DNA of 17,955 nucleotides from Myxococcota bacterium (GTDB taxonomy: Bacteria > Myxococcota > JACRCW01): assembly GCA_040752415.1 (NCBI GenBank), contig JBFMGU010000211.1, forward strand, positions 1-17,955. Direction: 5' to 3'. Shown here in pieces: positions 7,441 to 14,869 of the stretch (its first letter is position 1; each line of letters opens with the position of its first letter). Below the pieces are notes generated by a model, which had not been told where the DNA came from, searched no databases, and was given only the letters and a program-made list of their open reading frames with translations. A program made the translations under genes and the position numbers.

Positions 7441-7534
7441 GCCCCGGAAAATGGCCCATCTCCCCCGGGCACCGCAAACATCCATGCGCCGGGGGCTTGT
7501 GCGCCGTGCCGCACCGCACCTAGCCTCCGCCGCC

Positions 7535-8770
7535 ATGCAGTGTCCCCGCTGCCAAACCGAGCTCCCCGCCGCCGCCAAGTTCTGCGGCGTGTGCGGGCAC
7601 AAGTTCCAGGTGCAGGTCACCGGCGACGCCAAGAGCAAGGTGGCGCGCGAGGAGCCTGACGCCTCCATCCGGTTCTTCCAGGACACCACCAGCCAGACCG
7701 ACCTGGACCGCAACCGCGCCCTGCGTGACCTGGCCGAGAAGCACATGGCCACCACGCCCTCGCCGCAGCCCGCCGCCACCGCGTCTCCGTCGGTGGACCT
7801 GGGGCAGGCGGTGGCCGCTCCGTCGGAGCCAGGCCCGGCGGTGGCGTCCGCGGCGCCCGCTCCGTCGTCACCGGAGCCCACGGTGGGGACGCCGCCCGCC
7901 GTGGTGCCCCCCGCGCCGGTGAGCGCCCCGACGAGCCCGGAGCCCAGCGTGGACCCTGTGACACGCCAGCCCTTCCAGTTCCAGCCGCAGGAGCTGGCCC
8001 GCGCGCTCGGTCGCGCCGCCAGTGGTGAGCACAAGCCGCCGCCCAACGCTTCCCCCGACGACGTGGGCGCGTTCTACAAGGCCGGTGAGGCCGCGGGCAT
8101 CTCACGCAAGACGCTGGAAGACGCGCTGCACCAGGTGGCCGTGGAGCGCGTGAAGCGCCAGCAGGCTCCCGCACAGCGCACCAGGACCATCGAGGCGGGC
8201 ATCCCCGAGCCCGGTGAGTTCGAGCCCATCCAGCCCAGCGGCAAGAAGGTGGCCATGATTGCCGGCGGCGTGGTGCTGGCCATCGTGGGCGCGGTGTTCG
8301 CGCTCAGCGGCGGCGAGGAGAAGCCGGTCACGCCCGCCGAGGTGGCGCAGCCCAAGCCCGCCGCCACGCCGGATGCACCCGCGGCTGCCGCGCCCGCCGC
8401 CGAGGGGGAGAACAAGGCCAAGCGCAAGCCCGGCACGCTGGACACCAAGCTCATTGGCCCGGCCATCGCCGCCGTGGGGGAGAAGTCGCGCACGTGTCAT
8501 GAGGCGGCGCGCAAGCAGAATCCCAAGCTGGAGGGCAAGCTGGTCCTCGACGTGGAGCTGGAGGAGGACGGCACGTTCTCGAAGCTGGCGGTGAAGGAGG
8601 ATGGGCTCAAGGACGCCGCCATGGTGGAGTGCGTGAAGCAGCAGGTGCGCGCCCACGCGTGGCCCAAGCCCACCGGCGGATTCTTTGCCATGGAGTTCCC
8701 GTTGCTCTTCCAGCTTGCCGAGGAGCCCAAGGCTGCCACCGGCAAGAAGGGCAAGGGCAGGAAGCGCTGA
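7535..8770 (+). CDS. Zinc-ribbon / single-TM / AgmX-PglI (TonB-C-like) C-terminal domain protein
   Basis: Starts MQCPRCQTELPAAAKFCGVCG (zinc ribbon), then a Pro-rich linker, TM VAMIAGGVVLAIVGAVFALS, and C-terminal 'RTCHEAARKQNPKLEGKLVLDVELEEDG...MVECV...WPKPTGG...FPLLF'. Confidence 0.82.
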   Translation: MQCPRCQTELPAAAKFCGVCGHKFQVQVTGDAKSKVAREEPDASIRFFQDTTSQTDLDRNRALRDLAEKHMATTPSPQPAATASPSVDLGQAVAAPSEPGPAVASAAPAPSSPEPTVGTPPAVVPPAPVSAPTSPEPSVDPVTRQPFQFQPQELARALGRAASGEHKPPPNASPDDVGAFYKAGEAAGISRKTLEDALHQVAVERVKRQQAPAQRTRTIEAGIPEPGEFEPIQPSGKKVAMIAGGVVLAIVGAVFALSGGEEKPVTPAEVAQPKPAATPDAPAAAAPAAEGENKAKRKPGTLDTKLIGPAIAAVGEKSRTCHEAARKQNPKLEGKLVLDVELEEDGTFSKLAVKEDGLKDAAMVECVKQQVRAHAWPKPTGGFFAMEFPLLFQLAEEPKAATGKKGKGRKR

Positions 8771-8923
8771 GGCGTTGTCGTGTGCCCCTGTGGCCGTCGA
8801 CGAGCCCTCCCGCCCCAACACTCCCGGAACCGGGCCGTTTGACGCTGGACCCGCCCCCGGCACAACGGTATGACGCCGTTCCCCTGGGGCTGCTGCCTAC
8901 CGCGGCCCCACCCCGAGGAACGC

Positions 8924-9469
8924 ATGTCCAAGGAAGCATTGGAACGACTGCAGCGGAAGTTCCCCCAGGAGGTGGTGGGAACCCACAGCATGCACGGTGA
9001 TGAGACCGCCATCGTCGACCGGCGCGGGCTGATCACGGTGTGCACGTGGCTGAAGGAGAGCCCGGACATGGACTTCTCCATGCTCTCGGACCTCACCGCG
9101 GTGGACTACCTGGGCATGAAGCCCCAGGTGCGCGTGGCCAGCCCGGGCGCGGAGAAGCTGCGCACCGACGGAAAGGCGCCCCGCTTCGAGGTCGTCTACC
9201 ACCTCACCTCGCTCAAGCACGGGTGGCGCCTGCGCCTGAAGGTGCCCGTGGACCTCGAGGATCTCACCGTCCCCAGCGTGGTCTCGTTGTGGAAGAGCGC
9301 CAACTGGATGGAGCGTGAGGTCTGGGACATGTACGGCATCCGCTTTGATGGCCATCCCGACCTGCGTCGCATCCTGCTGTACGAGGAGTTCGTGGGGCAC
9401 CCGCTGCGCAAGGACTACCCCATGCGCAAGCGCCAGCCGCTCATCCCCATGAAGAACCCCGACGCCTGA
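8924..9469 (+). CDS. nuoC: NADH-quinone oxidoreductase subunit C
   Basis: 'LSDLTAVDY', 'RFEVVYHLTS', 'SANWMEREVWDMYGIRFDGHPDLRRIL' and 'GHPLRKDYP'. SD GAGGA precedes ATG 8924. Confidence 0.96.
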   Translation: MSKEALERLQRKFPQEVVGTHSMHGDETAIVDRRGLITVCTWLKESPDMDFSMLSDLTAVDYLGMKPQVRVASPGAEKLRTDGKAPRFEVVYHLTSLKHGWRLRLKVPVDLEDLTVPSVVSLWKSANWMEREVWDMYGIRFDGHPDLRRILLYEEFVGHPLRKDYPMRKRQPLIPMKNPDA

Positions 9470-9500
9470 GCCCCAACCCGCACTTTCCGACGAGAAGAAC

Positions 9501-10775
9501 ATGAGCACGCACGCCGCCCACGACGACAAGACCTGGGAAAAGGAGTCGGAGGACGACTTCATCCGTCCCGAGCACGAGGCGGACCTGGCCGGTGATCTCC
9601 ACACCAAGCACATGGAGATCAACATGGGCCCCTCGCACCCGGCCACCCACGGCACCGTGAAGATCAAGGTGGAGCTGGACGGTGAGACGGTGGTCAAGAG
9701 CGACACGCTGGTGGGCTACCTGCACCGTGGCTTCGAGAAGAGCTGCGAGAACGTGACGTGGACGCAGTGCTTCCCGTACACGGACCGGCTCAACTACGTC
9801 AGCCCGCTGATGAACAACGTGACCTTCGCGCTCGCCGTGGAGAAGCTGCTGGGCCTGGGCCCCAAGCTCTCCGACCGCGTGAAGTATCTCCGCGTCATCG
9901 CCAGCGAGATCAGCCGCATCACGGACCACCTCACGTGCAGCGCCGCGCAGGCCATGGAGCTGGGCGGCCTCACCGGCTTCTTCTGGCTCATCCAGGCGCG
10001 TGAGCGTCTCTGGGACCGCGTGGAGGAGCTGTGCGGCGCGCGCATGACCACCACGTGGACGCGCATTGGCGGTGCCTCCAATGACGCGCCGGAAGGCTGG
10101 AAGGAGCGCGTGCTGGAGACTCTGGACCTCACCATGAAGATGGTGGAGGACCTGGAGGGCATCACCAAGCGCAACCGCATCTTCGTCGACCGCATGATGA
10201 ACGTGGGGACCATCACGGCGGAGGAGGCGGTGAACTGGGGCTGGACCGGTCCCTGCCTGCGCGCCACCGGCGTGCCCTACGACGTGCGCAAGGCCTCGCC
10301 GTACCTGGTCTATGACCGCCTGCAGTTCGAGGTGCCCGTGGGCCAGCGCGGTGACAGCTACGACCGCTTCCTGTGCCGCCTGGAGGAGATCCGCCAGAGC
10401 CGTCGCATCATCCAGCAGTGCTTCGAGCAGATGCCCGCCAAGGGCGCCATGCTCGTCGACGATCCGGCGGTGGCGCTGCCCGGCAAGAACAACGTGTATT
10501 ACTCCATTGAAGGGCTCATCTCGCACTTCAAGATCATCATGGAGGGCATCCACGTCCCGCCGGGCGAGGCCTACGCGTACACCGAGGCCGCCAACGGGGA
10601 GCTGGGCTTCTACCTGGTCTCCGACGGTGGTGGTCGGGCCTGGAAGGCGCGTTGTCGTCCGCCGTGCTTCATCCACACCGCCACGCTGGACACCCTCATG
10701 AAGGGCCGCATGCTCGCCGACCTCGTCCCGATCTTCGACTCGATCAACATGATCGGCGGCGAGTGCGACCGCTAA
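9501..10775 (+). CDS. nuoD: NADH-quinone oxidoreductase subunit D
   Basis: 'INMGPSHPATHG', 'GYLHRGFEK', 'YTDRLNYVS', 'GDSYDRF', 'EAANGELGFYLVSDG' and C-terminal 'GGECDR'. Confidence 0.97.
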   Translation: MSTHAAHDDKTWEKESEDDFIRPEHEADLAGDLHTKHMEINMGPSHPATHGTVKIKVELDGETVVKSDTLVGYLHRGFEKSCENVTWTQCFPYTDRLNYVSPLMNNVTFALAVEKLLGLGPKLSDRVKYLRVIASEISRITDHLTCSAAQAMELGGLTGFFWLIQARERLWDRVEELCGARMTTTWTRIGGASNDAPEGWKERVLETLDLTMKMVEDLEGITKRNRIFVDRMMNVGTITAEEAVNWGWTGPCLRATGVPYDVRKASPYLVYDRLQFEVPVGQRGDSYDRFLCRLEEIRQSRRIIQQCFEQMPAKGAMLVDDPAVALPGKNNVYYSIEGLISHFKIIMEGIHVPPGEAYAYTEAANGELGFYLVSDGGGRAWKARCRPPCFIHTATLDTLMKGRMLADLVPIFDSINMIGGECDR

Positions 10776-10788
10776 ACCGGAGCCGCCC

Positions 10789-11793
10789 ATGGTGCGCACG
10801 CTGCAACGGAACATCCCGGGCAACGTGGCGCCCCTCCTCGCGGTGACCATCTCCCTCGTCGGGTGCCCCACCACGTCCCCGGGACCTGACGCCTGCGTCT
10901 GCTTCATCAACCGGCCCGACGCTGGCGCGCTGGATGGCTCAACGGAAGACGGGAGCGTGCCTGACGCTGGTGGGACCGACGCGGCCTTCCCCACGGACGC
11001 GGCGCAGCCCACCGACGCCGGCACGCTCGACGCGGGCGGTGCCGACGCCGCCACCCCGTCGGGTGACAACGACGGCGACGGCGTTGACGACGGGTTCGAG
11101 GCCCAGCTGGCGCACGACTACTTCCCCTTCTTCTCATTGCATCCCGACGACGAGTGCACCACCCACGGCGTGCTCTTCCGCGTGGCGCCACATCCCGACG
11201 ACACCGCGCGCATCATGATCTGGTTTGACGTCTTGTATGACCGGGACTGCGGGGCGTCGTCGCACGAGGGGGACAACGAGGCATTCGGCGTGGTGGTGGA
11301 CCCGGGCGTGCCCGCACCGACGGGAATCCTGGCCGTGCGCTCCATCAGCCACCAGGGAACGGTCTGCCAGGTGGTGACGGACTGTGGCCCGTGCGCACCC
11401 GGCGGCGCGTGCACCACGGCGTGCCGGAACGGCGCGTTGTACCCGGTGGTGTTCGCGTCGGTGAACAAGCACGGCGGCTACGTGAAGGAGCAGCGCTGCG
11501 ACCAGAACCTCATCTGCGACTTCGGCGGCTGCGGCCTCAACACCACGCCAACCAACCCGCCCATGGTGAACGCGGGAGAGCCGGGCCGGCCGCTGGTGAA
11601 CAACCTGACCACGCAGGGCTTCATCAACGCCGAGCACGGTTGGACCAGCCAGACCCTCATGAACTACGACCCGTGGGGTGGCGCGGAATTCGGCGGCGCG
11701 GGAAACGTGGCCGAGGACCTCGTCGACACGGCGTTCGTCATCAACACGCAGGGCTGCAACGTCGAGAACACCGAGCCCGCATGCAATCCGTGA
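10789..11793 (+). CDS. Lipoprotein with DAG-rich linker, acidic Ca-binding-like motif and NPP1/Vps62-like domain
   Basis: Lipobox LVG-C, repeated DAG/DAA linker, DNDGDGVDD, then 'LAHDYFPFFSLHPDD', 'SHEGDNE', 'ISHQG' and 'PVVFASVNKHGGY'. SD GGAG. Confidence 0.75.
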   Translation: MVRTLQRNIPGNVAPLLAVTISLVGCPTTSPGPDACVCFINRPDAGALDGSTEDGSVPDAGGTDAAFPTDAAQPTDAGTLDAGGADAATPSGDNDGDGVDDGFEAQLAHDYFPFFSLHPDDECTTHGVLFRVAPHPDDTARIMIWFDVLYDRDCGASSHEGDNEAFGVVVDPGVPAPTGILAVRSISHQGTVCQVVTDCGPCAPGGACTTACRNGALYPVVFASVNKHGGYVKEQRCDQNLICDFGGCGLNTTPTNPPMVNAGEPGRPLVNNLTTQGFINAEHGWTSQTLMNYDPWGGAEFGGAGNVAEDLVDTAFVINTQGCNVENTEPACNP

Positions 11794-11803
11794 GAGGCAG
11801 CAG

Positions 11804-12787
11804 ATGAAACTCGCCACGCTCCCCAATGGCACCAAGGACGGTGCGCTCCACGTCGTCAGCCGGGACCTCAAGATGGCGGTGCGCGCCACGGACATCGCCC
11901 GCACGCTGCTGGATGCGTTGGACCGGTGGGAGCAGGTGGAGTCGCCGCTGCGCGCGCTGGCGGACAAACTCGAATCCGGCCAGGCCCCCGGCGCGGTCCC
12001 GTTCAACGAGAAGGATGCGCTCTCCCCGCTGCCGCGCGCATACGCGTTTGTCGACGGGAGCGCGTACGTGAACCACGTGGAGCTGGTGCGCAAGGCGCGC
12101 GGCGCGGACCTCCCGTCTTCGCTGTACACCGACCCGCTGGTCTACCAGGGTTGCAGCGATCCCTTCCTTCCGCCGTCCGCGCCCATCCGCCACCAGAGCG
12201 AGGAGCAGGGCATCGACTTCGAGAGCGAGGTCTGCGTCATCCTCGGTGAGGTGCCGCAGGGGACGAAGAAGGAGAACGCCGCGCGCTATGTGCGCCTGCT
12301 CTGCCTCTGCAACGACGTCACGCTGCGCAACCTGGTGCCCAGGGAGCTGGAGAAGGGCTTCGGGTTCTTCGTGTCCAAGCCGCCGTCCTCGCTAAGTCCC
12401 GTGGCCGTCACACCCGACGAGCTGGGCGAGAGCTGGCGGGATGGTCGCGTGCACCTGCCACTCATCACCTCCCTCAACGGGACGAAGTTCGGCGACCCCG
12501 AGGCCGGCCCGGAGATGCACTTCAGCTTCCATGACCTCATCCAGCACGTGGCGCAGACCCGCCCGCTGGCGACGGGAACGGTGCTCGGGAGTGGCACGGT
12601 GAGCAACAAGGACCGCAGCCGCGGCAGCTCCTGCCTGGCGGAGAAGCGCATGCTGGAGAAGCTGGACACCGGCGAGATCAAGACCCCGTTCCTGCGCTTT
12701 GGCGACCGCGTGCGCATTGAAATGCTGAAGGACGGGAGGAGCATCTTCGGCGCCATTGACCAGGTGGTGGAGAAGCTCGCCGGATGA
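11804..12787 (+). CDS. fahA: Fumarylacetoacetate hydrolase family protein (probable fumarylacetoacetase)
   Basis: N-terminus MKLATLPNGTKDGALHVVSRDL, 'DGSAYVNHVELVRKARGA', 'IDFESEV', 'NDVTLRNL' and 'GSGTVSN'. Overlaps maiA and lies near hmgA/hppD. Confidence 0.9.
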   Translation: MKLATLPNGTKDGALHVVSRDLKMAVRATDIARTLLDALDRWEQVESPLRALADKLESGQAPGAVPFNEKDALSPLPRAYAFVDGSAYVNHVELVRKARGADLPSSLYTDPLVYQGCSDPFLPPSAPIRHQSEEQGIDFESEVCVILGEVPQGTKKENAARYVRLLCLCNDVTLRNLVPRELEKGFGFFVSKPPSSLSPVAVTPDELGESWRDGRVHLPLITSLNGTKFGDPEAGPEMHFSFHDLIQHVAQTRPLATGTVLGSGTVSNKDRSRGSSCLAEKRMLEKLDTGEIKTPFLRFGDRVRIEMLKDGRSIFGAIDQVVEKLAG

Positions 12788-13455
12788 TCACGCTCTATTC
12801 GTATTTCCGTTCGTCGGCGTCGTGGCGTGTGCGGACCGCGCTGCAGCTCAAGGGCATCCCGTACACGCTGGTTCCCGTGCATCTGCTGAAGGACGGCGGT
12901 GAGCACCTGCGGCCGGCGTACAAGGCGCGGAACCCCATGGCCACGGTGCCGCTTCTCGTCGTGGAGGAGGGCGGGAAGACCACGCGCATCGGGGAGTCGC
13001 TGGCGATCATCCACTACCTCGAGGAGAAGTACCCCGAGCCCACGCTGCTTCCCGGCACCCTCGAGGAGCGCGCACGCATCCGGTGGATTGCGGAGCTGGT
13101 GAACGCGGGCATCCACCCCGTCCAGAACCTGGGCCTGCTCTTGGCGCTGGAGCAGGAATTCGGCGCGTCCCCCGACGTGCGCAAGGCCTGGGCGGCGCGC
13201 TGGATCCGACGGGGCTTCGACGCGCTGGAGGCGCTTCTCCCCGAGACGGCGGGCACGTACTGCGTGGGCGAGAAGGTTTCGCTGGCGGACGTGTGCCTGC
13301 TGCCGCAGGTGTTCAACGGGCGTCGGTTCGGGGTGGACCTGGAGCCGTACCCCACCATCCGCCGGCTGGCGGCCACGCTGGAGGCTCACCCCGCGTTTGT
13401 GGCGGCCGACCCGCATCACCAGCCCGACACGCCGGCGGAAGAGCGGCGGCCATGA
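12784..13455 (+). CDS. maiA: Maleylacetoacetate isomerase (GST zeta class)
   Basis: 'LYSYFRSSASWRVRTALQLKG', 'ESLAIIHYLEE', 'GIHPVQNL', 'SLADVCLLPQV' and 'PHHQPD'. ATGA overlap with fahA. Confidence 0.95.
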   Translation: MITLYSYFRSSASWRVRTALQLKGIPYTLVPVHLLKDGGEHLRPAYKARNPMATVPLLVVEEGGKTTRIGESLAIIHYLEEKYPEPTLLPGTLEERARIRWIAELVNAGIHPVQNLGLLLALEQEFGASPDVRKAWAARWIRRGFDALEALLPETAGTYCVGEKVSLADVCLLPQVFNGRRFGVDLEPYPTIRRLAATLEAHPAFVAADPHHQPDTPAEERRP

Positions 13456-13497
13456 AGGCCACGACCGCGCCGGCCTCTTTGTGCCATAAGGGGACCC

Positions 13498-14868
13498 ATG
13501 ACCGTGGCAGATGAGAACGCCCAGGCCCCCTCGGAGGCCACCTCCCGACGGGACACCCTGCGACTGCCGCGCCCGGCGCCCGGCGCCACGCCCGGACCGG
13601 TGAACATGGTCGCGTTGCGGGCGGTGCCCGGGCAGCCCGGGTACCAGCCGCTTGACGTGGTGCCGCAGGGCAAGCTCGCGGTGCCTGAGGGGCTGGAGGG
13701 GGAGGCGGAGGTCTGCCTGGGTCGCGCGGATACCTCCGGCGCGCTGGTGGTGGCGGACAAGCTGGGGTTCAAGCCCGGCCCCTCCGCCGGTACGCTCACC
13801 GACGAGCAGGCGTTGGCCCGCACCATCGCGGTGCGCGCGAATCTCATGGAGGGTCGTCGACAGGCAGCGGTGGAGGCCATGAACGGCCACCGCGACGACC
13901 CGCGCATGGCCCTGGCCGACGCCGGCGTGGCCTTGGCGCAGGGCGACCTGGCACGCGCGGATGCGCGGGTGAAGGCGGCATTGCAGCGTCGACCGGAGGG
14001 CGTGGCGGAGCACTACACGTTGGCGCTGGTCCACGCCGCCCGCGGCAACCTCCACGACGCGCTCGAGGAGCTGGTGGAGGTCAGTCGCAGCGCTCCGTTG
14101 CACGCGGTGGCGCGCTACCAGCTGTCACAGGTTCTCGTCGCCATGGGGGACCCGGCGCGCGGCGGCACGTTGCTGGAGATGGCCATGGTGCTGGCGCCGG
14201 CGTTCGTGGCGCCGTTCGTGACGTTGGCGGAGCTGATGTTCCGCTCGCGGCAGTACCGGGAGTCGCTGGGAATCCTCGAGGACCTGTTCGAGAACGTGCC
14301 CGGCGCGCTCAATGCCCGGCTGTTGCAGCTGCGCATCTTCCTGGAGGTGGGGGAGAAGCGCGGCGCGTTGGCATTGGCCTCCGCGCTGCGTGAGAGCGTG
14401 CCGGACCACCCCGAGGTGCGTGTGTTGTGGGCCGAGGCGCTGGTGGGTGCCGGTGAGACGGACAAGGCGCGGGAGGCGCTGAAGTCGTGGGTGGATGACC
14501 CCGGCGTGGACCGCGTGCGCGTGCGCCGGCTGCTCGCCAAGGTGGAGACGCAGACGCAGCACGCCGCCGAAGCGCTGGACCACCTCAAGGCCGCCTATGC
14601 GCTGGAGCGTGGCATGGGTGAGACGCTGCTGGACCTGGTGAAGCTGGCCGTGCAGCAGGGCCGCCACGACGACGCGCGCCAGGCGCTGGAGAGCCTCCCC
14701 ACCAACCCGGAGATCGACGTCGATGACCTGGTGAGCGCGGCCATGCTGGCGCGGAGCTGCGGGCTCATGGACACCGCACGCAGCCTGGCGGACAGCGCGC
14801 GCAAGCTGGTGGCGGGCAGCCCGGCGGAAGCGCAGCTGGATGCGTTTGCGTCGTCGTTGAAGGTGTGA
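13498..14868 (+). CDS. Tetratricopeptide-repeat protein
   Basis: 456 aa with repeated helical TPR-like units (e.g. 'AEHYTLALVHAARGNLHDALEEL', 'ARYQLSQVLVAMGDPARG', 'PDHPEVRVLWAEALVGAGETDKAREAL') after a non-TPR N-terminal region of about 100 aa. Confidence 0.8.
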   Translation: MTVADENAQAPSEATSRRDTLRLPRPAPGATPGPVNMVALRAVPGQPGYQPLDVVPQGKLAVPEGLEGEAEVCLGRADTSGALVVADKLGFKPGPSAGTLTDEQALARTIAVRANLMEGRRQAAVEAMNGHRDDPRMALADAGVALAQGDLARADARVKAALQRRPEGVAEHYTLALVHAARGNLHDALEELVEVSRSAPLHAVARYQLSQVLVAMGDPARGGTLLEMAMVLAPAFVAPFVTLAELMFRSRQYRESLGILEDLFENVPGALNARLLQLRIFLEVGEKRGALALASALRESVPDHPEVRVLWAEALVGAGETDKAREALKSWVDDPGVDRVRVRRLLAKVETQTQHAAEALDHLKAAYALERGMGETLLDLVKLAVQQGRHDDARQALESLPTNPEIDVDDLVSAAMLARSCGLMDTARSLADSARKLVAGSPAEAQLDAFASSLKV

Positions 14869-14869
14869 T

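Noticed and set aside
7441..8046. N-terminal extension of the nucleotidase ORF to 747 aa
   Set aside because: It overlaps the zinc-ribbon gene on the other strand, and family similarity only begins shortly after ATG 7440.
8839..8910. Candidate nuoC promoter (TTGACG at 8839-8844; TATGAC at 8869-8874) and a 9-bp hairpin at 8885-8910
   Set aside because: The best -35 and -10 are 24 nt apart and the alternatives are weak matches. The hairpin has no U-tract and is unremarkable in GC-rich DNA.
9501..10775. Possible group 4 [NiFe]-hydrogenase large subunit (isolated C/D pair, Cys near the C-terminus)
   Set aside because: Both CxxC Ni-binding motifs are absent (DRLNYVS and SINMIGGECDR instead), and the quinone-site HPATHG and YLHRG motifs of NuoD are present.
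11678..11803. Longer N-terminus for fahA from the ORF track
   Set aside because: It overlaps the lipoprotein gene. The family-typical MKLATL start at 11804 has a GAGG SD.
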